DNA of 64,000 bases from a virus (IMGVR_UViG_3300030433_002124:1-64000); one strand, 5' to 3'; shown: positions 19,501-28,923, numbered from the stretch's first letter. Notes: generated from the sequence alone by a model not told the origin. A program made the numbers and translations.

Positions 19501-22500
19501 ATATCTTCTTTAGTATTAAAAAGTAATGATGGTAATGAAAAATTTATAAACCCTCCAACAGGTTTAGGTTATAATAATCCTTGTATTTATTGGGAAGCAG
19601 GTGCTTTTAAATTTGTAAATTATTCTAGTTGTTCTACATGTTTGGCTTCTGCAACAAGTAAAACTTGTTGTTATGAATTAGTTGATTGTGCTACAGGAGT
19701 TAGTACAATTACAAAAACAGATCTATCTAGTTATTTAGATCATATTATTGTAACAGATACTCCAGGTAAATGTTATACAGTATACACATATGATAATTCA
19801 ATTACATGTTCTGGTATAGATGTAAATGTTACTTCACAATATGCAGATTGTGTTAGTTGTACAGGAACTCAAACTAAATGTTATAGGTTATTAAAATGTG
19901 ACGATCCTACATCGGATCCTAAATATACTACAGAAGCTTTAACTCCTATGATTAGAAATAAGAAAGGAAAAAGCGTTCAATTAGAAGGAGAATCTTTTTG
20001 TCGTAGTGTAGATGATGCAGGAAATGCAGTTGAATTAATATCTGCTACAGCCCAAACAATTAAAAGTACAAAAGCATCTTGTGGTAAATGTAATTTTTAT
20101 TTAAAATTAAAGCAATGCGGGGCTCAGAATATTGTCAGGTATGTTGATTATGCAAGTAGTACAACTTTACATCCTTTTATAGGAACAGGATCTGTTAAGA
20201 TACAAGATTTAGGTAAAGGAGAAAATGGACATTGTTGGGAGATAGATTCTACTATTTATGGACCTACTTCAACATTAAGACCTAAAGCTCAATTAGTTTT
20301 ATCTGGACCTGATTGCACTATATGTAATGCACAAAACAATGAAGCGGTATTACCTGCTACTATAAAAATAGATAGTTGTTGTCCTGATTTAAATCCAGGT
20401 GTTAATTTTGGTAATACACAATGGTATAGTAATGATGGATCTCTTGTAAGCCTTGTTACATCGGGAGATTTAGTTTATTGGGGAAGTCTTATAGACCCAG
20501 ATGGAAATACTGTTACAGGATGTTTTAAAATAGAAATGTCTCCATCTCCCGTTAATCCAAGCTTTTTATCTACAGTACAAATTGTAGGCAGTAGTTCAGA
20601 TGCTAGTAAATGTGAAGCATGTGATCCTGGATTTACATCAGGGTGTGCTACTTTAAACTCAAATGCTACTATGATGTTAAGTTGTACTAGTGATGATCCT
20701 ATGTTTGTAACTACTAATACTTTTAATAATTATGATAATGATGCTCACACAGTATTTAATTTTGAAGAAATAGAATATTATGGTTGCTGGAAAAGATGTG
20801 TAACAGCAGATTATGTACATGGTTCTAATTGGTTTTGGGGATTTGGTTCTGGTCTAACTTGGCAAAATGCTTACGGATATCCAACTGTTCAGATGGGAGG
20901 TTCTTCAAATATGGGTGTTTCAGATGATAATTTAAATGATAATAATTTCTTTACTAAATTTGGTAGTACAGCACATAGTGCTCATGAAACTTTTACTGCA
21001 GGAACTAAAGAATATACTAGAGGTGCTCTAATGTTTTACTCTGATGGTAGATTTGTATATAATTCTAATCATCAAATAATGGCAGGTAGTGTTGACGGTA
21101 ACGGTACACCTTTATTAAGTGGTGGTGTAGATCCTAATGGAGTTTTTCAATATGCTTCTCAACAATGTATAACAGTTCCAAAACCAGATAGTGCAAGATT
21201 TACAGGTAGTACAACATATAAACAATATTATTTAATATATCAAAGACCCGGAACTCTCCGCGCTTTGTATGCTGTTCTTGATATGGATACAGCTGATGGA
21301 TTAGGTCAAATTATTTCTTATGATCAAGAATTACCTTATCCTCCTGGAGCATCAAATTTATCTACTGAAAGATTATCAGTATCATCAAGACCTGCTATTG
21401 CAGATAGTGAAGATGATGAATATTGGGTATTTGATGTAGTACCTTATGAACCACCGCAAGGATTTTTCCCTAGCCCTCCAGGCAAAATAAGAGCATGGAA
21501 AATATCTTCTACTGGTATAGATCTTCCGGTAATAAGTGCTATGGCTGGTAGTATTAATAATACACCTTGGTCTATAACTGAAGAAAATAGTAATGTGAGT
21601 GAATGGGCTCGTATTAAAGTTGCTCCTGATAATAGCCATATAGCTATAACAGGTAATAAAGACGGAATAGGATGGACTCAATTATATTCTTTTGACGAAA
21701 CTACTGGAGTTTGTGTTGGTGTTTGGCAAGATATACATGCTATAGGAATGACTAATTGTGGATTTCCAAATGCAGCTGATGTATATGGTGTTCCATTAAA
21801 TTTTTTACCTTTTACTCATGGAGTTGAATTTGGTGATAATGCTTTATTTATTTATAGATCTGGTGGATCATATGTAAATGAATGGCAGTGTAATGAATAT
21901 GGTAATGGAAATGGTACAATGACTTGGAATTATCTTAATGGTACTTGGGAAACTAGTACATATAATAATCCTGAGTGCTGTGGTTATCCTACGCTTCATA
22001 AAGCTATTTTATCATGGGTTGATTTAAGTGATTATTCAACAGGACAACAAACTCAAGATATAGATGAAATTTTACCTTCTGTTGGATTTAACTCTTTTAA
22101 AGTATCTAATCCATCTACAAGATTAGTATTTGAAACTGAAGAATTATTAATAACTCAACCACAATACTGTTCAAATGGATATTGTGAACAGCCTAGTGAT
22201 ATACGTCCTTTATTACAACATAGTATTGTAACCGATTTACATAGAGGTCCTGATGGGGCTTTATATGCAGGACTTGTATTAGGAGATGGTTCAAGTGGTA
22301 TTGCTAATACAAGAAATTGGAGAAATACATTTTTAGGAATATCTTCAACAGCAGAAGCAACTCCTAATTATGATTATACTTTTATGGGGGCTGCTCAAAC
22401 TAGTGACTGGACTCCTGATCCAGATGGAAATAGTTCTCAAAGAATTGCTCAATCTGGAGCTATACGAAGATTTCAGATTTCAAATGTTGATCTTGGAAAC

Positions 22501-25500
22501 GGAGATGGATATGTTTATCCATCAGGAATGGATGCTTTTAACAGAAGATCAGTAGTTATTAGTAATACCTCTAAAATAGATTTTGGATTTCCTCAATATA
22601 TAAAACGTAGATGTTTTGCAGCAGATGTAGATGCTGTTTCACCTACTATTCAAAATGCTAATTTTAATTGTGCATATGCTCAAGCCAGTTTTAATTGTTT
22701 TAATGCACCTGCTGAACCAGATATATTTAAAATAATTAATTGTACTCAAGGTAGTGAAGGATGTCAAAGTTCAAATACATGTCAAGATTTTACTCCAGGT
22801 ACAGCTATACAAGATGATGGAGAAAGCCAAAGATTTGGTATGACAGAATGGTTAAATCCTGATATATTAGATGCAATTCAAGCATTACCTTTAGGACCTC
22901 AAGCTGTATATATGACTTATAGTTTTCCACGAGAAGGTAGTATTATGTCTTCCGGTAGTTTTTTACCTACTTGTTCAGGTAGTGATTATTCACCTGGATC
23001 GGGTCCATATGCTAATGGTCAATGGACAGTACCTAAACATGAGAGTGGTCCTGGTACAGATAATGCTCAAGGAAATAATAGTTCTGGTAATGTATATGAT
23101 AAGACTTATACTATAACAGAAGCTCAATTTAGAGCAGAAATTGGAAAAGCTTTTGATCAGGTTAGTCAATTATTTGAAAGTGTATTTTCTATTAGTAATG
23201 GTTATCCAAATAATTTAACTTTACGATTTACAGATCTTGGAAAAGAAACAGGTACAGATAGTAACTTAACAAATACTCCTTTAGATAATTGGAGTACAAC
23301 TGCTCCTATAGGATTTGTTACATCATCAGGCGCTTCTGGTGTAGGAGATTTTAGAATATGGTTTGCAAGACACTCTCAGTGGTGTTTAAATAGTAATGGT
23401 AATCCAGGATCATATCAAACTAGTGGATGTACTGGATGTACTTATGCAGGATCTGCGGGAGGTGCTTTAGCTTGGGCTTGGGGACCTAGTTATGTTAATA
23501 ATGCTTCTGGTTATGATGGTACTACAGGTACATATAATGTAGATCCTACTACATCTTATAGAACAGCAAGTAGTCAGAATATAATATTTGATGTTAACGA
23601 GAATTGGAGAAAGACTACTGACGCACAAGTAAGCGGTACTTATGAAATATTAAGAGTTGGTATTCATGAAATATTACACTCTTTTGGATTCGGTCATGCT
23701 TATGAAAGTATGGCATCATTTCCTGGAGGTCAGTGTACAGGTACTACTAGTAGTGGAACAGTATTGAATAGTTATTTCCCTGCTATGGGCGGTTTTCTAT
23801 GTCCTAATAATGGTTATTATAATTCTGGTTGTGAAGCAAGTTCTACTTATGGAGGAGATCCTAATGCAATAATGGCTCCAACTGCAAATAGTGATAGCTT
23901 TACTACTATTTATGCTTTTGGTACAGATACTGCTTATGATCCTAATGCTTGTTATATGAGCGGTGGTTCTGCAGCAGCTATCCAAGATAGAACAATGGCT
24001 TGTCAGATTTATGGATATAGTTATTCAGATCAAGGAAATTTCTGTACACCTTTTGAGTGTCCTGTTTGTGTATCTCAGTTTTATTATACTGATCAAGAAT
24101 TATTTTGGGATTATGTTGGAAATATAGGTAATAGTTCTTTTAGTTGGAATCCAGGAACTGGATTATCATGTTGGTATGTAGAGCCAGTTGATTCATTACC
24201 TGAAGGAGATTCATTAACTACAATCAATCCTGTTGAAGGTTATGTAGATTGTGAAGCTTGTAATGTACAATTTTTAGCTCCTAGATGGAGATTAGTTTTA
24301 TGTGATGAATGTACAGAAAATGCTGGAAACGGATCACCTGGAGAAATTATTACAACTAGTGATATGAGTCAGTATTGTAATCCTGGTATTACTCCACAAG
24401 ATGATCCTATTAGTGATGTAATTGAACTTGTAGGATATACAGGATGTTATAAAGTTGATTGTACATATGATCCTTATGTAAATTATCCAGACTCAGCGGT
24501 TGCGGTAGTAGTATCAACAGTAGCAGAAGACTGTGATTCTTGTTGTAATACAACTGTTACACAATGTTATACAGTAACACAATGTGCTGATACAAATCCA
24601 ATAAGTTTTGTAATGATTGGAGATCAATATTGGGGAGGTATTACTGATTTAGGAGATTATGTATTTAAATTCGAACAATTACCTGCGGATGTTTTAGCAT
24701 TAGGGTTAACAAATGATGATTGTTTTACTGTTGCTTATTGCGGAGAGTGTAATGAAACAACTTGTAGTCCTTTAATAGGACCAGGACTTTTAACTGTAAT
24801 AGAATCATGGCCAGGTTGCTATAGTTGTTTATATGAAAACCCTAATCAAGAATGTTTTAAATTAGTTTGTTGTGATAGTAGTGGAGATCAATTAATTAAT
24901 GTTTTACCAAATGCAGATTTAAATAATGCATTTGTAACTGGAACAGTTGTAAAAATTAGTCAATATCCAGATAGTCAAGGTAATCCTAGATGTTGGCAAA
25001 TTGAAACTCAAGATGTATGCAACCCAGAAATAGCAGTAACAGTTACTGATACTTTTGTAGGATGTCAATTCTGTAGTGCAACAGTTTCTACTACAGGATG
25101 TACAGATCCAAGCGCATTAAATTGGTGTCCGCAATGTGTTACATGTTTATCACCACTAGGTGTTTTAAATGAATGTTGTATATATGAAGGATGTCCTTTA
25201 TCTTGTCAAGATCCAACTGCTACTAATTATAATCCTAATAATACATGTGATTGTAATGGAGTAGAAGGAGGAGATGATATTTCTTGTTGTGAATATCCTG
25301 CAATAGTTCTTCCACCAGAAGGTATTGAAGTAACTTTTGAAAAAGATTGTACTAATTGTTTGGATTGGGCTACTGTAGATAAAGTATTTTCGAATGCTGC
25401 AGAGTTATGTGGAACTTGTTTTCCTCCTAAAGGATTAACATTAAGAGAATATAATTGTGATCTAACAGATGCAACTGAAACTATTATACCTCCTGTAGAA

Positions 25501-27327
25501 GTTCCTGGAGGATGTACAAATCCAGAAGCTTTAAATTATGATGCATCTGCTGAGTGGGATGATGGATCTTGTTATTATACATCTGCATGTACAGATCCAA
25601 ATGCTTGTAACTTCGATCCTAATGCAGTTGAAAATAATCCAGATGAATGTATATATCCAGGACAATGTGGTTGTGAAGATTTTACAGACTCATGTGTAGG
25701 ATGTATGGATTTAACAGCATGTAACTATAATCCAAATGCTACTGTTCCTGATAATAGTTTATGTGAATATGCAAGTTGTTATGGTTGTACAGATCCAGAA
25801 GCAGGTAATTACTGTGCAGATTGTATAATGTGTCCAGATGCTGCTTGTTGTGCAAATAATGTACAAGCATGTCTTGACAATAGAAATATATATGTATTCT
25901 ATGATATGACATCTATACTTAACAGCGGTACTAACGAAGATAGATTTCAGGCAGTTATAGACCTTAGAAATTTGGTAGAAGCTTCTGTATCACAAATATT
26001 AACTAATAATGAAATAACTAATTTTAGTGGTAATATTTATCATTTACCTGTAGGAGCTTATTTTGGTGAAGGTAATGTACCTGCAGGTAATTGGAGAGTT
26101 GGTGGTACTGATCCATCAACTTGGATTCCTTATGAAACTCCTGCTAGTGGTGTAACAAATTTAAATAATAGTTCATTGTATTATCTAGGAGGTAATACAA
26201 CTAATTTAACAGAAGATTTTCCAGGATGGACTACTGTATTACCTACTGACAATAACGTAAATAGTGAAGGTACAGGTTCTGGTGAGAGGTGGTTACAATG
26301 GATGATGTATCCATTACATGGTAATTCCGCAGCTTTACATCCTAATTTAAGAATACCTTTTTCTAGTGTAACTGGAGTTTGGAAAGATACAGGACTACCA
26401 GTAAATAATCAAACTAATGAAGAACGTCTTCTTATTAAATCTATAAATTCTAATGGTTTAGATCAAAATGGTAATTATGTAAATAATTTACCTGGTACAC
26501 AAGTTAACCCTTTTAATGATCCACCAGGAGAAGAAGGGTTTAGTGATATATATCATCAATTTGAAGGAGGAGATACTAATGCTATTTGTATTGCATTTAT
26601 AGATGAATCAAATCCGGTATATCACACACTTGCTCAACCAGGGGGAGGAGCTTGTACTACAGATATGTTAGTTAGTGATAATTTATGTGGTCCTGGTATA
26701 ATAAATAATACTCAAACAGCCTGTGGTAATGCATCGTGGTATGGTACAGCTCCTGGTGTAGATGTTTTTGATATTTATATTACCGCACCTTTTTGTTTCG
26801 ATCATACTAGATTTACTGAGGCTTGGAATTATGGGTATGATACTAATGGAGCAGCACCTATGACTGTTAAGTATGCTAATGGACCAATAGGTAGTGGTTA
26901 TGGAAATGGTAACTTTAATGGTATTATAATACCTACTAAATTGTCGGGAACTCCTGGAACTGATACAAATCAAATGTTTATCTCAACTTTATATGGTTCT
27001 ATAGGACAAGGAAATCCATCAGAATTAGGTCATATTAGTTGTGCAGATTTTATAGATCTTCCTTGGCCTGATGCAAGAAGTATGGCTCCTTATACAGATA
27101 CATATTGGCCTAATCCTTTTTCTTGGACAAATAATTCTATGGTAACTACTGCTTTACATGATGGTTCAACTATTCCTCCTGGTAGATATAGTTCTCAAGG
27201 ATTTAGTTTAGCTAACTATGGAATGACTTTTAAAATACCAGGAGCAGGTCAAGAACTACTTCAAATAAGTCAAGATGATTTAGCAGATGCAATACTACAA
27301 GGGTTATTGTGTAATAATGGAGGATAA
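16552..27327 (+). CDS. giant (3591 aa) Cys-rich mosaic tail/fiber protein with beta-propellers, metzincin domain and GCTDP repeats
   Basis: About 11 Cys modules ending in CxxC; HEILHSFGFGH (23665-23697) with Met-turn AIMAP; two L[L/M]FY[T/S]DG propeller-like domains; GCT[D/N]PxAxNY repeats at 25096-25812. Confidence 0.75.
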   Translation: MAANYKWKKLILGNSVKQDNLTYPPTMSSTPAAFNAPAGMASVATDDAYNPGVSYAAGDLLFYTDGATVYDSTGAIMNGGTLNGLGGTKAGAQPAVILKSTETNYWWILSISAGGRVYSSTVNMAGNSGRGTVDQKAVTVNIGATVTDRFNAYYSTSTSQYGFICHLTGSNRWKSALITGISSHNPTFSAVTTTAIGNIYANNDAANHATVKFNEDNTKMATVYQTAVGTSSSPVTSAIVEVYDFNPATGVPSNFNSFLVNIKDAGAVAPGAGNDGRLKGYDLEWDFDTDTLYIPTYDSTHGLGIEWFTLNASNAVTSQGVVGKSRSSIGNNADKAIFGMYKDPYEDRIYIAKPAVIGTTGGYSSDYNDTYATDRVSVIIDTATPSTSEFVETLTTTVPGDTIGKGMPTRPMAGEEAGASDYYRLTPCDTQKEYVMDTNGSIWVLDGSLDATKIADVSSISDRVNIAVQKETNFIYLLAGTGATPKIYKIDTVTGTVDAGTTVSGTGITGFNSICSKDGDAAKLYAVITIAGPHYNYAEITIATGSTTKTAGNTSHIAVDTAIIGGTLYMASGDDLYKNTGPGTWATVGANTLSKDYEGLSTDDTTLYGYIEGKRYTINTSTGAASAGQSITINSSTSTWNYTVQGAGIVNVGVINTNDTNPGSELGKVITVTNYSGCYTVSTTGSGSDVIGTILSSSADCGSCSSIESDNYCKLLISCCDSGYKGLGFTREIVGVSDDPTCSVGSYYEITANAQSNDQLNRCVEVQDTDDSLYILNNSDGYRIDITTGILSEESTIGGEDIAFNKHGVGFISGGSTLSYTIPTFSTYKDLPKGNSTPISIPQNRAIGFNYSDELITGGVISGVTQISRNSINKKGVLTTINTLTNANVLLTGDFAVDKITGNYYCVGDSSPSATPETNDLFKLDPSTLAETHIASLTTTLSLSAWQNIKAIEIVKDACYVVVWDTKTYGITLYRINKDTGALISSLVLKSNDGNEKFINPPTGLGYNNPCIYWEAGAFKFVNYSSCSTCLASATSKTCCYELVDCATGVSTITKTDLSSYLDHIIVTDTPGKCYTVYTYDNSITCSGIDVNVTSQYADCVSCTGTQTKCYRLLKCDDPTSDPKYTTEALTPMIRNKKGKSVQLEGESFCRSVDDAGNAVELISATAQTIKSTKASCGKCNFYLKLKQCGAQNIVRYVDYASSTTLHPFIGTGSVKIQDLGKGENGHCWEIDSTIYGPTSTLRPKAQLVLSGPDCTICNAQNNEAVLPATIKIDSCCPDLNPGVNFGNTQWYSNDGSLVSLVTSGDLVYWGSLIDPDGNTVTGCFKIEMSPSPVNPSFLSTVQIVGSSSDASKCEACDPGFTSGCATLNSNATMMLSCTSDDPMFVTTNTFNNYDNDAHTVFNFEEIEYYGCWKRCVTADYVHGSNWFWGFGSGLTWQNAYGYPTVQMGGSSNMGVSDDNLNDNNFFTKFGSTAHSAHETFTAGTKEYTRGALMFYSDGRFVYNSNHQIMAGSVDGNGTPLLSGGVDPNGVFQYASQQCITVPKPDSARFTGSTTYKQYYLIYQRPGTLRALYAVLDMDTADGLGQIISYDQELPYPPGASNLSTERLSVSSRPAIADSEDDEYWVFDVVPYEPPQGFFPSPPGKIRAWKISSTGIDLPVISAMAGSINNTPWSITEENSNVSEWARIKVAPDNSHIAITGNKDGIGWTQLYSFDETTGVCVGVWQDIHAIGMTNCGFPNAADVYGVPLNFLPFTHGVEFGDNALFIYRSGGSYVNEWQCNEYGNGNGTMTWNYLNGTWETSTYNNPECCGYPTLHKAILSWVDLSDYSTGQQTQDIDEILPSVGFNSFKVSNPSTRLVFETEELLITQPQYCSNGYCEQPSDIRPLLQHSIVTDLHRGPDGALYAGLVLGDGSSGIANTRNWRNTFLGISSTAEATPNYDYTFMGAAQTSDWTPDPDGNSSQRIAQSGAIRRFQISNVDLGNGDGYVYPSGMDAFNRRSVVISNTSKIDFGFPQYIKRRCFAADVDAVSPTIQNANFNCAYAQASFNCFNAPAEPDIFKIINCTQGSEGCQSSNTCQDFTPGTAIQDDGESQRFGMTEWLNPDILDAIQALPLGPQAVYMTYSFPREGSIMSSGSFLPTCSGSDYSPGSGPYANGQWTVPKHESGPGTDNAQGNNSSGNVYDKTYTITEAQFRAEIGKAFDQVSQLFESVFSISNGYPNNLTLRFTDLGKETGTDSNLTNTPLDNWSTTAPIGFVTSSGASGVGDFRIWFARHSQWCLNSNGNPGSYQTSGCTGCTYAGSAGGALAWAWGPSYVNNASGYDGTTGTYNVDPTTSYRTASSQNIIFDVNENWRKTTDAQVSGTYEILRVGIHEILHSFGFGHAYESMASFPGGQCTGTTSSGTVLNSYFPAMGGFLCPNNGYYNSGCEASSTYGGDPNAIMAPTANSDSFTTIYAFGTDTAYDPNACYMSGGSAAAIQDRTMACQIYGYSYSDQGNFCTPFECPVCVSQFYYTDQELFWDYVGNIGNSSFSWNPGTGLSCWYVEPVDSLPEGDSLTTINPVEGYVDCEACNVQFLAPRWRLVLCDECTENAGNGSPGEIITTSDMSQYCNPGITPQDDPISDVIELVGYTGCYKVDCTYDPYVNYPDSAVAVVVSTVAEDCDSCCNTTVTQCYTVTQCADTNPISFVMIGDQYWGGITDLGDYVFKFEQLPADVLALGLTNDDCFTVAYCGECNETTCSPLIGPGLLTVIESWPGCYSCLYENPNQECFKLVCCDSSGDQLINVLPNADLNNAFVTGTVVKISQYPDSQGNPRCWQIETQDVCNPEIAVTVTDTFVGCQFCSATVSTTGCTDPSALNWCPQCVTCLSPLGVLNECCIYEGCPLSCQDPTATNYNPNNTCDCNGVEGGDDISCCEYPAIVLPPEGIEVTFEKDCTNCLDWATVDKVFSNAAELCGTCFPPKGLTLREYNCDLTDATETIIPPVEVPGGCTNPEALNYDASAEWDDGSCYYTSACTDPNACNFDPNAVENNPDECIYPGQCGCEDFTDSCVGCMDLTACNYNPNATVPDNSLCEYASCYGCTDPEAGNYCADCIMCPDAACCANNVQACLDNRNIYVFYDMTSILNSGTNEDRFQAVIDLRNLVEASVSQILTNNEITNFSGNIYHLPVGAYFGEGNVPAGNWRVGGTDPSTWIPYETPASGVTNLNNSSLYYLGGNTTNLTEDFPGWTTVLPTDNNVNSEGTGSGERWLQWMMYPLHGNSAALHPNLRIPFSSVTGVWKDTGLPVNNQTNEERLLIKSINSNGLDQNGNYVNNLPGTQVNPFNDPPGEEGFSDIYHQFEGGDTNAICIAFIDESNPVYHTLAQPGGGACTTDMLVSDNLCGPGIINNTQTACGNASWYGTAPGVDVFDIYITAPFCFDHTRFTEAWNYGYDTNGAAPMTVKYANGPIGSGYGNGNFNGIIIPTKLSGTPGTDTNQMFISTLYGSIGQGNPSELGHISCADFIDLPWPDARSMAPYTDTYWPNPFSWTNNSMVTTALHDGSTIPPGRYSSQGFSLANYGMTFKIPGAGQELLQISQDDLADAILQGLLCNNGG

Positions 27328-27329
27328 GA

Positions 27330-27361
27330 TTTGGAAAAACAAAATATATATAATATATTTG
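27330..27361 (+). promoter_or_regulatory. Bacteroidota-type promoter
   Basis: TTTG (27330-27333), 20-nt spacer, TATATTTG (27354-27361). Confidence 0.75.
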
Positions 27362-27397
27362 GAAAATTGAATTAATAATTAAAAAAAATAAATAATA

Positions 27398-27766
27398 ATG
27401 GCGACTTTATCACAACAATTAGTTTTGACAAGTACTACAACAAGTACTGATGCGTTGAGTATATCAACAACAGATAGTCTTAGTGTAACAGAGCCATCTA
27501 TAAACGTAGCGCGTAAATCAATAGCAACGGGAGGATCGACAGCTGTATTAGCAGCTGTTGCAGGAAAAATAACTTACTTATATATAAAAGTAATAAGTGG
27601 TGTTACTGCTACTGATACAGTCGAGATTGATCTTGGAGGAGCTGGAATTATGAGAATGGGAATAGGAGAATGTTGTTTTTTACCTTTGAAAGATGGTAAA
27701 GCAGTGGCAGCTCAGGCTTTTGGAAATGCGTGTGTTATAGAATATGGTCAGTGGGCTAAGAGTTAA
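27398..27766 (+). CDS. small structural protein, paralog 1
   Basis: 122 aa, Thr/Ala-rich and beta-rich; 24 of the first 31 aa are identical to the next gene. Confidence 0.65.
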   Translation: MATLSQQLVLTSTTTSTDALSISTTDSLSVTEPSINVARKSIATGGSTAVLAAVAGKITYLYIKVISGVTATDTVEIDLGGAGIMRMGIGECCFLPLKDGKAVAAQAFGNACVIEYGQWAKS

Positions 27767-27796
27767 TAGAATGTTTAATATAATAGAATAATAATA

Positions 27797-28165
27797 ATGG
27801 CAACTTTATCAACAGCCTTAACAATAACAAGTACTACTACTTCAACTGATGCTTTAAGTATTAGTTTAACAGATACTCTAACTGTAACTAATCCTGTTGT
27901 GGATTCTGCTAGAGTAGAAGTTACAACAGCAGCTCATACAGAGTTGGTAGCTACTAGTGTAAGTACCATTACATATGCATATATAAAGAACTTACATACT
28001 TCTAGTATATTAGATGTATGTACAGGAGCAGGATCTCCAGTTATATTTGGAGGATTAGGACCGGGAGAATTTATGATGTACCCGATAGATGCAAGTAAAG
28101 GACTGAAACTAAAAGCTAACACTACTAATATAAAAGTAGAGTATGGTTTATGGACAAAAGGTTAA
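27797..28165 (+). CDS. small structural protein, paralog 2
   Basis: 122 aa; shares the N-terminal TSTTTSTDALSIS and C-terminal EYGxWxK with the previous gene. Confidence 0.65.
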   Translation: MATLSTALTITSTTTSTDALSISLTDTLTVTNPVVDSARVEVTTAAHTELVATSVSTITYAYIKNLHTSSILDVCTGAGSPVIFGGLGPGEFMMYPIDASKGLKLKANTTNIKVEYGLWTKG

Positions 28166-28193
28166 TAGTGTTTAATAATAAAAAAGAATAATA

Positions 28194-28499
28194 ATGGCAA
28201 AAGCAGATAGTCCAGTAACAAGTAGAGCTAAAAAAGAATCTCTTGGAGCTGAAATGAAACTAAAATATGCATTAGCTAAAGATGTAGATCAAATTGTAAA
28301 AGACTTACAATTTTTTTATATTAAAGCTACTGCAACATCAACTACTACTGATTTTGGTAATTTAAAAGTAGGGGATTTAGTAATTCAAATTCCTGATGCA
28401 GCAGCAACTATGCATTATATGACAGTAGCAACTGCAGGTACATTACCAGAAGCTGCAGTAGTAGATGATCTATATGTGGTATTACGACCAAGTGCGTAA
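28194..28499 (+). CDS. small putative structural protein
   Basis: 101-aa ORF preceded by the same upstream motif as the capsid genes. Confidence 0.5.
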   Translation: MAKADSPVTSRAKKESLGAEMKLKYALAKDVDQIVKDLQFFYIKATATSTTTDFGNLKVGDLVIQIPDAAATMHYMTVATAGTLPEAAVVDDLYVVLRPSA

Positions 28500-28527
28500 T
28501 AAGTTTAATAATTTTAAAATTTTTAAT

Positions 28528-28923
28528 ATGGCTAAGAATAGCAAAAAACAAAAGATGACTAATAAAGACTTACTAGCGATAAGTCAAGGTATTGCTTATA
28601 TAAATAGCAAAGAAACTAAAGTATGGCATACACTGTCTAAAAATCTAGATCTTATTTCACCTATTGTAACGAGTGTGAATAAAAGACATAAAGAACTAAC
28701 AGATGAGTTAGCTCCAAAAGATGATAAAGGACAGATAAAAAGAAATCAACAAAATCAAATTGATTTTGGAGATAACTTAGAAAAAGCCAACGAAAGATGG
28801 GAAAAAGTAATGACTGAAGAAGTTGAAGTAGAGATCATACCAATTCCATTAGATGATTTAAAAGACTATGGTTTAGATGCTAATATGATGAAGCCTTTAC
28901 TGGGTACGCTAGTAGTTGAATAA
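28528..28923 (+). CDS. hypothetical protein
   Basis: The likely start is ATG 28528 (MAKNSKK) after an AT-rich leader; the track's 28465 start overlaps the previous gene. Confidence 0.55.
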   Translation: MAKNSKKQKMTNKDLLAISQGIAYINSKETKVWHTLSKNLDLISPIVTSVNKRHKELTDELAPKDDKGQIKRNQQNQIDFGDNLEKANERWEKVMTEEVEVEIIPIPLDDLKDYGLDANMMKPLLGTLVVE

